Below, piece by piece: positions 1 to 12,034 of a stretch of 64,000 bases of DNA (positions within the stretch are counted from its first letter, which is position 1; every line of letters starts with the position of its first letter). The position numbers and the translations under genes are program-made. A model generated the notes under the pieces. That model saw nothing but the letters and a program-made list of their open reading frames with translations, was not told the DNA's origin and searched no databases. The stretch is from Octopus sinensis (lineage: Eukaryota): positions 20,832,001-20,896,000 of the forward strand of contig NC_043001.1 of assembly GCF_006345805.1 (NCBI RefSeq), in the 5' to 3' direction.

Positions 1-1261
1 GTTTACTAACTTCTCACTGCCTTTTACATCAACCACTCCTCTGAAGTAATGAAATATAAGTAACTGACACCCATCACCTCCTCTTCCACCCACCACCCCT
101 CGGAAGGACTAAATCAGAAACAGTAAGAGGCAGAGAGAGAGAGATTGGGGGAGACAGAGAGAGACAGAAAGGAGTCAAGAAAGAGAGGATTGTCTTTTTT
201 GACAGGTGAATATGTCATCTTTTCTGCTTGCTATATTACTGCTTAACAACATTATCTCCCATGTCAGATGACATCAAAGTATGTCAATTGGTATTGGTTT
301 TCAGCAAGTGCACTTTTACATGGTCACGCCACCCGCTGGAAATAACAGCCAAATCTACCTTGAGTCACACCCTACCATTTCAAATAAAGGGTATACAAAA
401 AGATAGGATGGTCATGCTCGGAATGCCTTTCATCACATGTCGGTTCAATCAGAACTGATCTGGGATCAAACTACTACTGCCAGGTTTACTTCAAGCCAAT
501 GCAGGAGAGCTTCTGTGCAGCTGCTCCACCTGCTAAAAATAGCAACCAAATTTCTCTCAGATTAAACCCACTGACTTTTGTTGAGTCAAGGGAAGGTCAT
601 TATGCCAATATTAATGGCACACACACTGACTGAACTCCACTCCACTATCATAAGTCAATTGCTTAAATATCTATCCAACAATCTAACAGTCAGTTTTCTT
701 TCTTTTTTTTTTGTTGAGTAAAGTTCTTTTGTTACGATTTACAAATTTTTTTCGATAATTTCCTTCCCAGTTCATTGTGGAGGCCTTGTTTACCTGAGTA
801 ACACCTTGTTGCTTGTATGTGTGCATGTAGGTGTGTGTGGTTTAGGAGAGGAAGTAAGGGGGATGATGACCAACAGGTTTGTGTGTGTGTACATGTGCAT
901 GTATGTATGGGTGTGATTGTGAATGTACACCTATGTGCCCACCTGTATATGTGTTTGTGTGTTAGTGGGTGTGTGTTTACACAGGCTTTGCTGACCTTCT
1001 CAGGTTCAGCTTTTGACTTTATTGTTTTGTTTTATGTCTTATGTCTGCTGTAGATTTACAGGTTTATGGTGTGAGTTATAAGGTGTGTTTAGGGTGTAAC
1101 AAACAATCAGTTCGTTAATTAGACAGATATTTAACCAACTGACAAATAATAAAGGAATGGAAGTGAACCAGGGCATGTATTACTATCATTGGTATAATGA
1201 CTCTCCTTGGGCACAACAAAATTTGTTCCATCACATGCATTCACATCAAAATAATAAAATA

Positions 1262-1915
1262 ATATATAATGAATTAATTGTATACAGTGCTCAGGTGCAC
1301 CACAACCTGTCAAAATGCACATAAAGCATATGCAGTAATGTACAAATGTCTGGGAAGTGAACAGTGTATGAATCAGATACATGCTTGCGTGTGTATGGAG
1401 GGGAGAAAATCAGGTGTAGTGTTGGTGAATCTCAGGAAGCATGGAAGTTTTGAAGGATGCAGTGCTCCGACAACTAACAACTGATACCAGCAGTTTGTTC
1501 CATACTTCAAGCAGCTCTTAGCATGAAAAATGTTTCCAAAAGTCATGGCGGCTGTGCTGTTTTCTGACTTTGTAAACATGTCCACAGGTGTTAGACAGGC
1601 AGAGTTTGAAAAGGTGCTCAGAGTTATTGTTTGTAAGATGGTTAATAATTTTATGGGTGTCTGCCAAGTCAACTGCCAGATGTTGGAGTTTCAATGTATC
1701 CATGCCCAGGGAAGTAAGGCATTCAGAATATGGCAAATGCCTGATGGAGGGTATTCTCTTGGTTGCACGTCACTGAACGGCTTCCAGACGTTTAATATTG
1801 GTTCAACCAAAGATAGGGGTTCCAGACCGGTGATGAAAATTCCAGGTGAGGTTGTACCATAGCTATATAAAGCTGCAGATAGATAGCCGGAGTGTGGCTC
1901 ACAAAGGATCTTGCA
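1262..1915 (-). mobile_element. CR1-clade LINE, 5'-truncated 3' fragment (degenerate ORF2 C-terminus + 3' UTR)
   Basis: Minus strand reads MVQPHLEFSSPVWNPY...RLEAVQ*RATKRIPSIRHLPYSECLTSLGMDTLKLQHLAVDLADTHKII, typical CR1 post-RT motifs. The same 3' end recurs at about 58497-58690 and 60041-60297. Confidence 0.8.
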
Positions 1916-2239
1916 AACCAAATACAGAAATGAAATACTCTCATTAATTTAAATTAGAAAATGACACATTGGACAATATAAATACAGTTCTATATAATGC
2001 AAAAAGTTAACATTACATAGGCTAAGAGGAAACTATCTGGAGAATAATGTTTCTGCCTTCTGATATACACAATATGTTTGTACACAGTTTGTGTCAACCA
2101 AATTTCATTCATACAAAATTGATTAACTCAAGACTAAAACAATAGATACAAGGACAAGGTGCCTTGTACTTTGATAAAATATGCCACTACAAATTTTTAA
2201 AAAAGTGAATTTTTAAACATACACCGACACAGGTACCAC

Positions 2240-2586
2240 AACTACAAAAAATCAAATGGAAGTTGTAGTTGTGATACCTGTGCCGGTGGCATGTAAAAAG
2301 CACCATCCATACGTGGCCGATGCCAGCACCGCCTTGACTGGCTTCCGTGCCGGTGACACATAAAAAGCACCAACTGATCGTGGCTGTTGCCAGCCTCCCA
2401 TGGCACATAAAAAGCACCCACTACACTCATGGAGTGGTTGGCATTAGGAAGGGCATCCAGCTGTAGAAACACTGCCAGATCAGACTGGAGCCTGGTGCAG
2501 CCTCCTGGCTTCCCAGACCCATGTTGAACCGTCCAACCCATGCTACATGGAAAACGGACGTTAAACAATGATGATGATGATGATGA
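2240..2586 (+). mobile_element. SINE-like family D copy (RTE-type, (GAT)n tail)
   Basis: Repeated GTGCCGGTGGCACGTAAAAAGCACC-type modules, then GGCATTAGGAAGGGCATCCAGCTGTAGAAAC...CCAACCCATGCTA(G)CATGGAAAACGGACGTTAAAC(GAT)n. More than 15 copies in the window. Confidence 0.8.
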
Positions 2587-2729
2587 CAGCTCTTTATTCT
2601 TCATTTCAAGCCCCATGGTTTTGTCTACAGTGTAGCAGTGATTTGAAACCTCAACTGCTAGATAATCAGTCAGACACCACAAGCACACCACCATAGATTC
2701 ATGTGATAGGTATATTAACCAAACAACCA

Positions 2730-2958
2730 AGGCGGCGAGCTGGCAGAAATGTTAGCACGCCGGGCGAAATGCGTAACCGTATTTCACCTGCTGTTACGTT
2801 CTGAGTTCAAATTCCGTCGAGGTCAACTTTGCCTTTCATCCTTCCGGGGTCGATTAAATAAGTACCAGTTACACACTTGGGTTGATGTAATCGACTTAAT
2901 CTGTTTGTCCTTGTTTGTCCCCTCTGTGTTTAGCCCCTTGTGGGTAGTAAAGAAATAG
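2730..2958 (+). mobile_element. SINE family C, full-length copy with TSD
   Basis: GGCGGCGAGCTGGCAGAA head, B-box-like GAGTTCAAATTCC, tail CCCCTTGTGGGTAGTAAAGAAATA. Flanking direct repeat ATAGGTAT(A/G)TTAACCAAACAA at 2706-2726 and 2955-2975. Confidence 0.85.
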
Positions 2959-3087
2959 GTATGTTAACCAAACAATTAGCCTGAGGCTGTGGCATAACAT
3001 GGGCAATCAGCCAAAACCTCTGTCACTACAGAGATTTGTGCAGTTGACTTTGAATATTTTTAGGCCAATCGTATTCTGTCACACGAA

Positions 3088-3319
3088 AGGCGGCAAGCTG
3101 GCAGAATCATTAGCATGCCAGGCGAAATGCTTAGCGGTATTTCGTCTGCCGCTATGTTCTGAGTTCAAATTCCGCCAAGGTCGACTTTGCCTTTCATCCT
3201 TTCGGGGTCGATTAAATAAGTACCAGTTACGCACTGGGGTCGATATAATCGACTTAATCCATTTGTCTGTCCTTGTTTGTCCTCTCTGTGTTTAGCCCCT
3301 TGTGGGCAGTGAAGAAATA
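3088..3319 (+). mobile_element. SINE family C copy with TSD
   Basis: Same consensus; flanked by CGTATTCTGTCACAC and CGTATCTTGTCACAC. Confidence 0.85.
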
Positions 3320-3797
3320 CGTATCTTGTCACACAGCAACTTTCTATAATTTCAGAACAGTTTGTCTCTTTCTCAGTCTTCAAACATTTAGGTTGTTCTT
3401 TGTAAATAGCCAACATCAATATCTTCATGTCCAGCAATAAATATTTGAGTTAAATGCTTCTGGGTTTGCTTCAGTTATTCACACAGCCAATGAAATATAT
3501 CTTCATTGATCAGCTCAACTCAAGCGACAAGCAACCAGTGACCACAGATTTGCCAATGTGTCTATTTATAGTTAAATTTTCTCTTATATTCTTAATTCTT
3601 CCTAGTAATAAATGTTGTTTATCCCCCAGAATAACCTGACCCAGCATAACATTGATCAAAGGTGTAACTTCAATTCTAACTATTCCAGCTAATACATCTA
3701 GGGCTAGATTTTCCCAAATATCCCTGCTTTTTAAAAACAAAAAACTGTCAGGTTTTGATTTGGGAGTGATTTGGCTGCTATTTCTGACATGTCAGGT

Positions 3798-4195
3798 GCA
3801 GGAGTGGCTGTGTGGTAAGTAGTTTGCTTACCAACCACATGGTTCTGGGTTCAGTCCCACTGCGTGGCATCTTGCGCAAGTGTCTTCTACTATAGCCTTG
3901 GGCCGACCAAAGCCTTGTGAATGGATTTGGTAGATGGAAACTGAAAGAAGCCCGCCGTATATATGTATATATATGTGTGTGTAGGTTTGTGTGTCTGTGT
4001 TTGTCCCCCTAGCATTGCTTGACAATCGATGCTGGTGTGTTTATGTCCCCGTAACTTAATAGTTCGACAAAAGAGACCAGTAGAATAAGTACTAGGCTTA
4101 CAAAGAATAAGTCCTGGGGTTGATTTGCTCGACTAAAGGCGGTGCTCCAGCATGGCCACAGTCAAATGACTGAAACAAGTAAAGAGTAAAGAGAG
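3798..4195 (+). mobile_element. SINE family B, full-length copy
   Basis: GCAGGAGTGGCTGTGTGGTAAG head, GGGTTCAGTCCC B-box-like motif, internal (TG)n, tail GGCGGTGCTCCAGCATGGCCACAGTCAAATGACTGAAACAAGTAAAGAG. About 18 copies in the window. Confidence 0.85.
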
Positions 4196-4303
4196 ATCAA
4201 ACCATCATGTACAGACTTTCTTATTGACTTGATTCACACAGGTTATGTACTGCACTAGAACATGTTACATGTGCTTTCCTATGTAGAGACTTAAAGTCAG
4301 ATG

Positions 4304-4645
4304 TCATCATCATCATCATCATCATCATCGTTTAACGTCCGCTTTCCATGCTAGCATGGGTTGGACAGTTCAACTGGGGTCTGGGAAGCCAGAAGGCTGC
4401 ACCAGGCCCAGTCTGATCTGGCAGAGTTTCTACAGCTGGATGCCCTTCCTAACGCCAACCACTCCGTGAGTGTAGTGGGTGCTTTTTACATGCCAGACGA
4501 GGTTGGCAAATGGCCACAATTGGATGATGCTTTTTACGTGCCACTGGCACGGAGGCCAGTCAGGGCGGCGCTGGCAATGGCAATGTTTGGATGGTTCTCT
4601 TACGTGCCACCAGCACTGGTATCACGGCTACAATTTCCATTATGT
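4304..4645 (-). mobile_element. SINE-like family D copy
   Basis: (CAT)n followed by the reverse complement of the family D consensus. Confidence 0.8.
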
Positions 4646-4844
4646 TAATCGATTTCGATTTTCTGTTATAATATTTGCTGTTGTAATATTTGCTCTGTGC
4701 ATTTGAACCATACGCTGATACTGTAGGTTTTTTTTTTACCAGTTCATTAAATTCATGTATTCCTTATTAACATCTATTTTAAATTACTCTTCCACTGTTA
4801 TAAGTAAGTTTCCATATTGGGTTGTTACTGTTCCTTGGCTTCAA

Positions 4845-5592
4845 GGTCAACCTTGATGGAGCAGCCCTATGATCAAAAACATGACCCAGATTTGGCTGAA
4901 ATTTTTTGTAGGTCAAGTAATTGCATAGAGTAAGGCATTGGTAACATTTTACCATTCACAAGCCAGAAGTAAAGTTTGTAGGATGATGTTGAACCACTAT
5001 TATATGAAATTTTGTGCACTCTCAACAACAGAAAAGAACACAGAACGCTGCACATACCCCAGCAACATAGAGCTGTACCAGGTGATGATGTACCAGGTGA
5101 TGATGTACCAGGTGATGATGTACCAGGTGATGATGTACAATGTGGTATCTCAAGCGAAATGCTTATCAGTATTTCGTCTGCCGTTACATTCTGAGTTCAA
5201 ATTCTGCCAAGGTCGACTTTGCCTTGCATCCTTTCGGGGTCGATTAAATAAGTACCAGTTACGCACTGGGGTCGATATAATCGACTTAATCCGTTTGTCT
5301 GTCCTTGTTTGTCTCCTCCGTGTTTAGCCCCTTGTGGGCAATAAAAGAAATAGGTCAACCTCGATCAAAAACATGACTAACCCAGATTTGGCTGAAATTT
5401 TTTGTAGGTCAAGTAACTGCATAGAATAAGGCATTGGTAACATTTTACCATTCACAAGCCAGAAGTAAAGTTTGTAGGATGATGTTGAACCACTATTATA
5501 TGAAATTTTGTGCACTCTCAACAACAGAAAAGAACACACAACACTGCACATACCCCAGCAACATAGAGCTGTACCAGGTGATGCTGGTACAT
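4845..5592. repeat. Local direct duplication (~240 bp) flanking a truncated SINE C, with a 15-bp tandem repeat
   Basis: 4845-5090 matches 5353-5590. TGTACCAGGTGATGA repeated about 4 times at 5074-5138. SINE C 3' part at 5155-5352. Confidence 0.85.
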
Positions 5593-5593
5593 C

Positions 5594-6003
5594 ATAATAA
5601 TAATAATTAATTCTTTTATTGGCCACAAAGGGCTGACAAAAATCAATTATTACATAAAGGGACAAAACAGGACGAAAGGTTACAAAGGGTTTTGTCCGTT
5701 TGTGAAAAAATCGAGTAAAAAAACAGTTTAACAACGAAAAAAATTCAACAATTTACAAAACTCCCAATAGAGGAGACGCTTCGAAAAAAGAAAAAGGTCT
5801 CACGTGGAAAAACCCATAAAAGCCACGGGAGCCTGGTCAAAAGGGGGGTAGAGAGCCCCTTTCTCCTTTTATAATACCTTTTTCAATTACAGGCGAAACC
5901 TCAGAATTGGTCCATTTGTACTGGCCATTCTTGCACAATTCACCCACATTTCAGAAAACTTGCTATCAGACAGCACTCTCCTCTCTAACCTCATCTTCCT
6001 TGG
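5594..6003 (-). mobile_element. Tx1/L1-like LINE 3' end
   Basis: Minus strand RKMRLERRVLSDSKFSEMWVNCARMASTNGPILRFRL* (6000-5887), then a T-rich 3' UTR ending CCCTTTGTGGCCAATAAAAGAA. Clade assigned from C-terminal resemblance only. Confidence 0.5.
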
Positions 6004-6010
6004 TAATAAT

Positions 6011-6435
6011 AATGTGGTATCTCAAGACAGTTACAATACCAGTAATTGTAGGAGCACTTGGAATGATCTAAAAAGGAACTGAAAATTATTTGAGAATGGT
6101 CCCTGGCTTACCATCTAAGTATGAAGTGCAAAAGATTATTTTAACTATAACTTCACACATATTGAGAAGTGCATCGTTGCTGTGAATTGCTTTCCTTTTT
6201 CCCCCTTTTTTGTTTTCTTTTTTCTTTCATTTTTTCTGTTTTTCTATTCTCTATTTTTTTTCTTTTTTCTTTTCTCCCCCCACCCTTTTTTTTTCTATCA
6301 CATAACTTGATTTTGTAAATGAACAATCTGGTGTGTCTATTTTAATGGCCTACAAAAGTATACAGCGAGTTTCTCTGCCTTCGGTGTCAGGAAGACACTC
6401 GGCAAGACACGGGAGCAAAATTGGAAGAAGAAAAA
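6011..6435 (+). mobile_element. R4/Dong-clade LINE 3' fragment 1
   Basis: WYLKTVTIPVIVGALGMI*KGTENYLRMVPG...EVQKIILTITSHILR; the PVIVGALG and QK..L....HILR motifs match the end of the restriction-like endonuclease domain. Bounded by TAA repeats. Confidence 0.75.
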
Positions 6436-6498
6436 ATAATCATAACAATAACAACAGGAACAATAATATCAACAACAACAACAACAACAATAAAAATA

Positions 6499-6800
6499 AT
6501 GAAATCACAAAAATGTGGAAATGTAGTACTACGATAATACTAGTAGTAATTGGTGCATTGGGTATGATAAAGAAGGGAGCTGAGATGTATATTAAGCAAC
6601 TCCCTGGTAACTGGTAACTCTAATCTCCGTGAACTACAAAAGATAACCTTGATGGGTTTAGCCCATATACCACGGAAAGCAATATCCATCTAAAATGGAA
6701 CAAATGTGGTGATAATTTTAGCATGCATAGCAAAACAAAAGTGCCCTTGCTATTCTTGGCCGCTGGAGGATGCCCAGTACTAAGGTAGCTGAAATAAAGT
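6499..6800 (+). mobile_element. R4/Dong-clade LINE 3' fragment 2
   Basis: EITKMWKCSTTIILVVIGALGMIKKGAEMYIKQLPGN...ELQKITLMGLAHI. Confidence 0.75.
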
Positions 6801-6825
6801 TATAATGAAAGGAAACCATAAACGA

Positions 6826-7001
<176 letters not shown>

Positions 7002-7368
7002 TGAGAGAAGAAGATAGAGAATAGGAAGCTAGACATAGTGTTAATTGAGAAGGAAAGCAAACAATGCTGGATCATAGATATAGCATGCCAAGCTGACAAC
7101 GAGTATGCAATAAGGAAGAAAGAAAAGTCGATAGATATGACAGGTTAGCTTGGGAGGTTAAGCAGTTGTCAATGAAAAAGGTGGTAGTAGTACTAATAAT
7201 TGTTAGAGCCCTGGGAATAGTGAGTAAAAATCTTGAGAAGTACATAGAACAAATAGGGGCTGCAATAAGGGTGGAGCATTTGCAGAAAACAGCACTGCTT
7301 GGAACACTGGTAGTGAACATTTGACACTGTAGTACATCTCCAGCATTAGAAGCTGTACAAAGACAGTA
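7002..7368 (+). mobile_element. R4/Dong-clade LINE 3' fragment 3
   Basis: IENRKLDIVLIEKESKQCWIIDIACQAD (degenerate PD..D endonuclease motif) ... IIVRALGIVSKNLEKYIEQIG...LQKTALLGT, ending in (TAA)n. Confidence 0.75.
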
Positions 7369-7934
7369 AATAATAATGATGATGATGATGATAATAATAA
7401 TAATTGCCCTGATGCAGTACAAGGCAGTGGCTCTCATGGCTTTTGATCTTAACTGATTGGAAGTGTTATCATGTACATTGTTTTGTTTTGGTATAAAAGA
7501 CGGGCTACAGAAAATATTCTGCTCAATACCACAGATTTGCTTGTCAGTTGTTTGACCTCAACCAGTTGAGCATGTCCCTTAATGGCTGACGATATGTGCA
7601 TGTCTGATCACAAGCAGAAGTAGTGGGGGAGCATCATAGCCATGTGTTGAGAGGGATTCTTGGAGGTTTGGATAATTCACCTCTGGAAACATGGGTGTTT
7701 CGTTCAACATCCTTAAACAACCCTTATTCAGGGACCTTTTGAGCAGGATGGGTTACTCGATCAGAAGAAAATTCTAACTGGGCCCCACTTGCAAGGTCAT
7801 GCGCTGTTTATCACACATGGTTGTGATGCATGTGCCTGATGTACCCATATCAGACAGGTAGTCATGATGGGTATACTGGGTTTCATATATTTTACCCCAG
7901 TGTCACTTTGATGGCATGCACTGCTCTCTCACTC

Positions 7935-7966
<32 letters not shown>

Positions 7967-8419
7967 TAATAATAATAATTTTGGTACAAAACCAGCAGGA
8001 ATCAATTACAAGGATCCCCGGTCTCAAGTGCTGTTTATTTTATTGACCTTAAAATCATGAAGATCATAATCAACTTCAGAAGAATTTGAACTCAGAACAT
8101 AGAAAATTGGGAAATATACTGGTAAGTACTTTATCTGACATGCCAATGATTCTGCCTTAATAAAGCTAATAATAATTCTTTCAAAGTTTGGCACAAGACC
8201 AGCAAATTTTGAAGGAAAGCGCCTAGTTGATGACATTAATTACAGTACTTAACTGGTACTTTATTTTATTGACACTGAAAGGATGAAAGACAAGGTTAGC
8301 CACTGAGTAATTTGTACAATGTCATAACAATTCTGCCGGCTTGCCACTTAATGAAAGTTACAGTAATAGAATTTAGAATTATGGATTAAATGTATTTAAC
8401 CCCGGACTGGCTCTTGTAC

Positions 8420-8735
8420 TTATCTATTTATATGCCCTTTTCAAGCCTAGCCAGACTCATGGGCCCGGTTTCCCGGTTTCTGTGGCGTATGTGTTCCCCC
8501 AGCTGGACGGGACACCAGTCCATTGCAGCGTTACTCAAGAAACAGGAAGAGAGAGTGAGAGGAAGTTGGGGTGAAAGATTACAACAGGGGTCGCTACCCA
8601 CCCCCTGCTGGAGCCTCATGGAGCTTTAGGTGTTTTCGCTCAATAAACACTCACAACGCCCAGTCTGGGAATCGAAACCGTGATCCTCCAACCGCGAGTC
8701 CACTGCCCTAACCACTGGGCCATTGTGCCTCCACA
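8420..8735 (-). mobile_element. tRNA-headed SINE family A copy
   Basis: Reverse complement begins GTGGAGGCACAATGGCCCAGTGGTTAGGGCAG...GGTTTCGATTCCC (A and B boxes). Confidence 0.75.
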
Positions 8736-8739
8736 ATGT

Positions 8740-9061
8740 ACTGGTGACATGTAAAAAGCACCATCCAAACATGGCTGATGCCAGTACCCCATGATTGGCT
8801 CCCGTGTCCGTGGCACATAAAAAGCACTATCCAAATGTGATTGATGCTAAGCCTGCCTGACTGGTTCCTGTGCCAGTTGCACATAAAAAGCACCCACTAC
8901 ACTCTCAGAGTGGTTGGCATTAGGAAGGGCATCCAGCTGTAGATATTATTGCCAGATAAGATTGGAGCCTAGTGCAACTGGTGGCTCTCCATACCTTAGT
9001 CAAACTGTCCAACCCATGCCAGCATACAAAATGGACATTAAATGATGATGATGATGATGAT
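8740..9061 (+). mobile_element. SINE-like family D copy
   Basis: Three GGCACATAAAAAGCAC-type modules, the family D core and a (GAT)n tail. Confidence 0.75.
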
Positions 9062-9472
9062 TCATGTAAAATTGGACATGACAGTGTGATCAAAGAAGCT
9101 TGAGAGACAGTTGGATGGAACCTACACTCGCCTCCTTATGAGAGCTCAAAATCTCTCGTGGGAGCGCCATCCAACCAAAATGCAAATATATGGGAAACTA
9201 CCACCTGTGTCATCTCTTGTGAAAGGTAAGAGAGTCCAATTTGCTGGACATTGTTGTAGAGCTGAAAAAGAGGTAATTTCTATTCTTCTCCTCTGGAAGC
9301 CATCTACTCGCAATACCAGAGGGCGCACACTCTCCTACCCTGATGTAATCTCCAGGGATACAGGCATCCAGTAACAGGACCTCCGTAATGCCATGATGGA
9401 CTGTGAAGTCTGGCGTAGCATGGTAAATTCCATTGTCTCAACCACGGTCGAACAATGATGATGATGATGATG
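9062..9472 (+). mobile_element. RTE-type LINE 3' end with (ATG)n tail
   Basis: LDGTYTRLLMRAQNLSWERHPTKMQIYGKLPPVSSLVKGKRVQFAGHCCRA...AMMDCEVWRSMV...EQ* followed directly by (ATG)n. Confidence 0.75.
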
Positions 9473-9894
9473 GGATATTTTATGCTATCTAACACCACCA
9501 TCATCGTCCAACATCCACTTTTCATGCTGGCATGGGTTGGATGGTTTGACCGAGGACTGGCAAGCCAGAAGGCTGCACCAGGCTCTAATCTTATCTGGCA
9601 AGGTTTTTTTTTCAGCTGGATGCCCTTTCTAACGCCAACCACTCTGAGAGTGTAGTGGGCGCTTTATACATACCACAAGCACAGGAGCCAGTCAGGCATG
9701 ATGGTGGGGGAGCACTAAAATTATTCTCAACCTTTGACCTGTGCTGTCCTCAATTGATTTACCAGTCACTTTACAGAGTGCATTGGGTGCATTTTAATAG
9801 AAGAGAGGGTGATAAGGAGGAATGGCTAAGTTTAAAGTAAGGTGTTGAGAGATGCTAATGTATATTGGGAGGAACAGATTTATTGTTATGAGAG

Positions 9895-9900
9895 GGAGGC

Positions 9901-9941
<41 letters not shown>

Positions 9942-10281
9942 CAAAAGACACAAGAGTATTGGAGATAGGAGGGGTGGGGAGAGTAATAGAATGGAAAGAG
10001 TAAGATGAGATATTAGTGGGAGAGAAGGAAAGAGAGAGAGAGAGTGATAAGGATCATGGGTGGAATAACTAGGGGAGATATTCAGAGTTATTCTATATTA
10101 TGAGTGAATGAGCTTGGTGATGGTGGAGGTGGCATCAGCGGTAGTGGCAGTGGCAGTGGCAGTGGTGGTGGTGGTGGTGGTGGTAAAGGTGTGTGATAGA
10201 GAGGGAGAGAGAGAAAGAGAGAGAGAGAGAAGGAGAGTGAGAAAAAGAGAGAGAGAGAAGGAGAGTGAGAAAAAGAGAGAA

Positions 10282-10316
<35 letters not shown>

Positions 10317-10790
10317 AAGAAAGAGAGAGAGAGAGAGAGAGAAGAGAAGAGAGAAAGATGGGAGGGTACTGAAGCAGCAGAGAAGCTACAGTGGGAGGGA
10401 GAGTAGGAGTGAAATGAGAGACAGGTGGATGTCAATGGAGGTGAAAGGGGCAGGACAGATAGACAGACAGACAGACAGACAGAAACACCAGAAGGTATTG
10501 GGAGGGTGGAGAAGCCATGGGGAGAAGGTCAATGAAAGAGAGAGACAAGACAGTATTACAGAAGCTGGGGGAGGAGGAGGAAGATAACCTATACTTCAGT
10601 GAAAGCATCCTAGTCCCAATCACTACATTCTCTTTTAGCATCGTCTGCCATATTTGCATGGTAAAAATACAATACAAATAACCTTTACTTTTCTCCCACT
10701 CAATCTCTCTCTCTCTCTCTCTATCTGTCTGTCTATCTATCTCTTTCTCTCTATCTCTCTCAGTATCTTTCAACCTCCCCCCCTCTCTGT
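9895..10790. repeat. Purine-rich low-complexity region: (GA)n, (GGT)n, (GACA)n, then (CT)n
   Basis: Seen directly; source of the spurious R/E-rich and S/L-rich ORFs. Confidence 0.9.
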
Positions 10791-10999
10791 TCTCTTGCTT
10801 TTGTGTTGTTTTTTTTTGCTTGCCTAATTGACTGTATTCTTACACCTTGAGTATAATTATTATTATTGCTCTTTATTTCAGTCATCATGATTATTATTAT
10901 TATTTCTATTATTAACCATTATTTTTTTTTTTTTTTGTTCTTCTAAGTACTTTTGCTACAAGTACTCTCAATCATTATTATTTTAATAATTATTTATTT

Positions 11000-11512
11000 A
11001 TCTCTTTACTGCTCACAAGGGGCTAAACACAGAGGGGACAAACAAGGACAGACAAACGGATCGATTACATCGACCCCCAGTGCATAACTGCTACTTAATT
11101 TATCGACCCCGATAAAAATTAGTTTGGAAAGGACAAAAGGCAAAGTCGACCTCAGCGGAATTTGAACCCAGAACGTTACGGCAGACGAAATATGGCTACG
11201 CATTTCGCCCGGCGTGTTAACATTTCTGCTAGCTTGCCGCCCTATAATGAATGAAAAATACGTATATATATTTCTTTACTACCCACAAGGGGCTAAACAC
11301 AGAGGGGACAAACAAGTTCAGACAAACAGATCAATTACATCGACCCCAGTGCATAACTGCTACTTAATTTATCGACCCCGATAAAAATTAGTTTGGAAAA
11401 GACGAAAGGCAAAGTCGACCTCAGCGGAATTTGAACCCAGAACGTTACGGCAGACGAAATACAGATACGCATTTCGCCTGGTGTGCTAACGTTTCTGCCA
11501 GCTCGCCGCCTT
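11000..11512 (-). mobile_element. Two tandem SINE C copies
   Basis: 11000-11242 and 11270-11512 share a diagnostic ATAAAAATTAGTTTGG insertion absent from other copies, so they are a local duplicate or the same subfamily. Confidence 0.85.
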
Positions 11513-12034
11513 GGTTAGAATTCTTCAATTGCTGTTTTTATTATTTTTCCTTTCTGCAACTACTAATATAAGTATCTGTACTATTACCAGTTCCGATATT
11601 AGCTTATATGCTCCTCTACCCTTCCATGTATCCTCTTCCTACTCCTACTACCCCACCAGTCACAAATTCTTCTACCTTTTTCATCACACACACACACACA
11701 CATGCACACAGATACATACATACACACACTCATAGACCATATGACCAATACCACAAGTCTCTTCCAACAAGACAAGTCAAAACATCTGACCAGATGGTAG
11801 AGCGGCCAGAAACTGATCATACAAGCATATATATATATATATCTATATATATACACACACACACACACACGCATGCATGCACACACACATACACACACAT
11901 ACACACACACATTCATGCATAAAAAATTGTGTGCAAGATACAGGTACAATATCAAATTTCCAACAGCATACAGTCCAGTACCTTCTTTAGCCCAGGTTTG
12001 TGAAATTGTTAGCATACACACACACATACATGTA

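Noticed and set aside
325-480. Old dispersed repeat (CTGCTAGAAATA.CAGCCAAATCT; also ~530, 26540, 30685, 35128, 58277, 60893)
   Set aside because: Clearly repetitive, but boundaries and class could not be determined by eye, so it is not annotated as a defined element.
4361-4648. Recurrent ORFs containing FLQLDALPNANH or SEFKFRRGRLCLSSFRG, suggesting a gene family
   Set aside because: Incidental translations of high-copy SINE D and C sequences, with inconsistent frames and stops.
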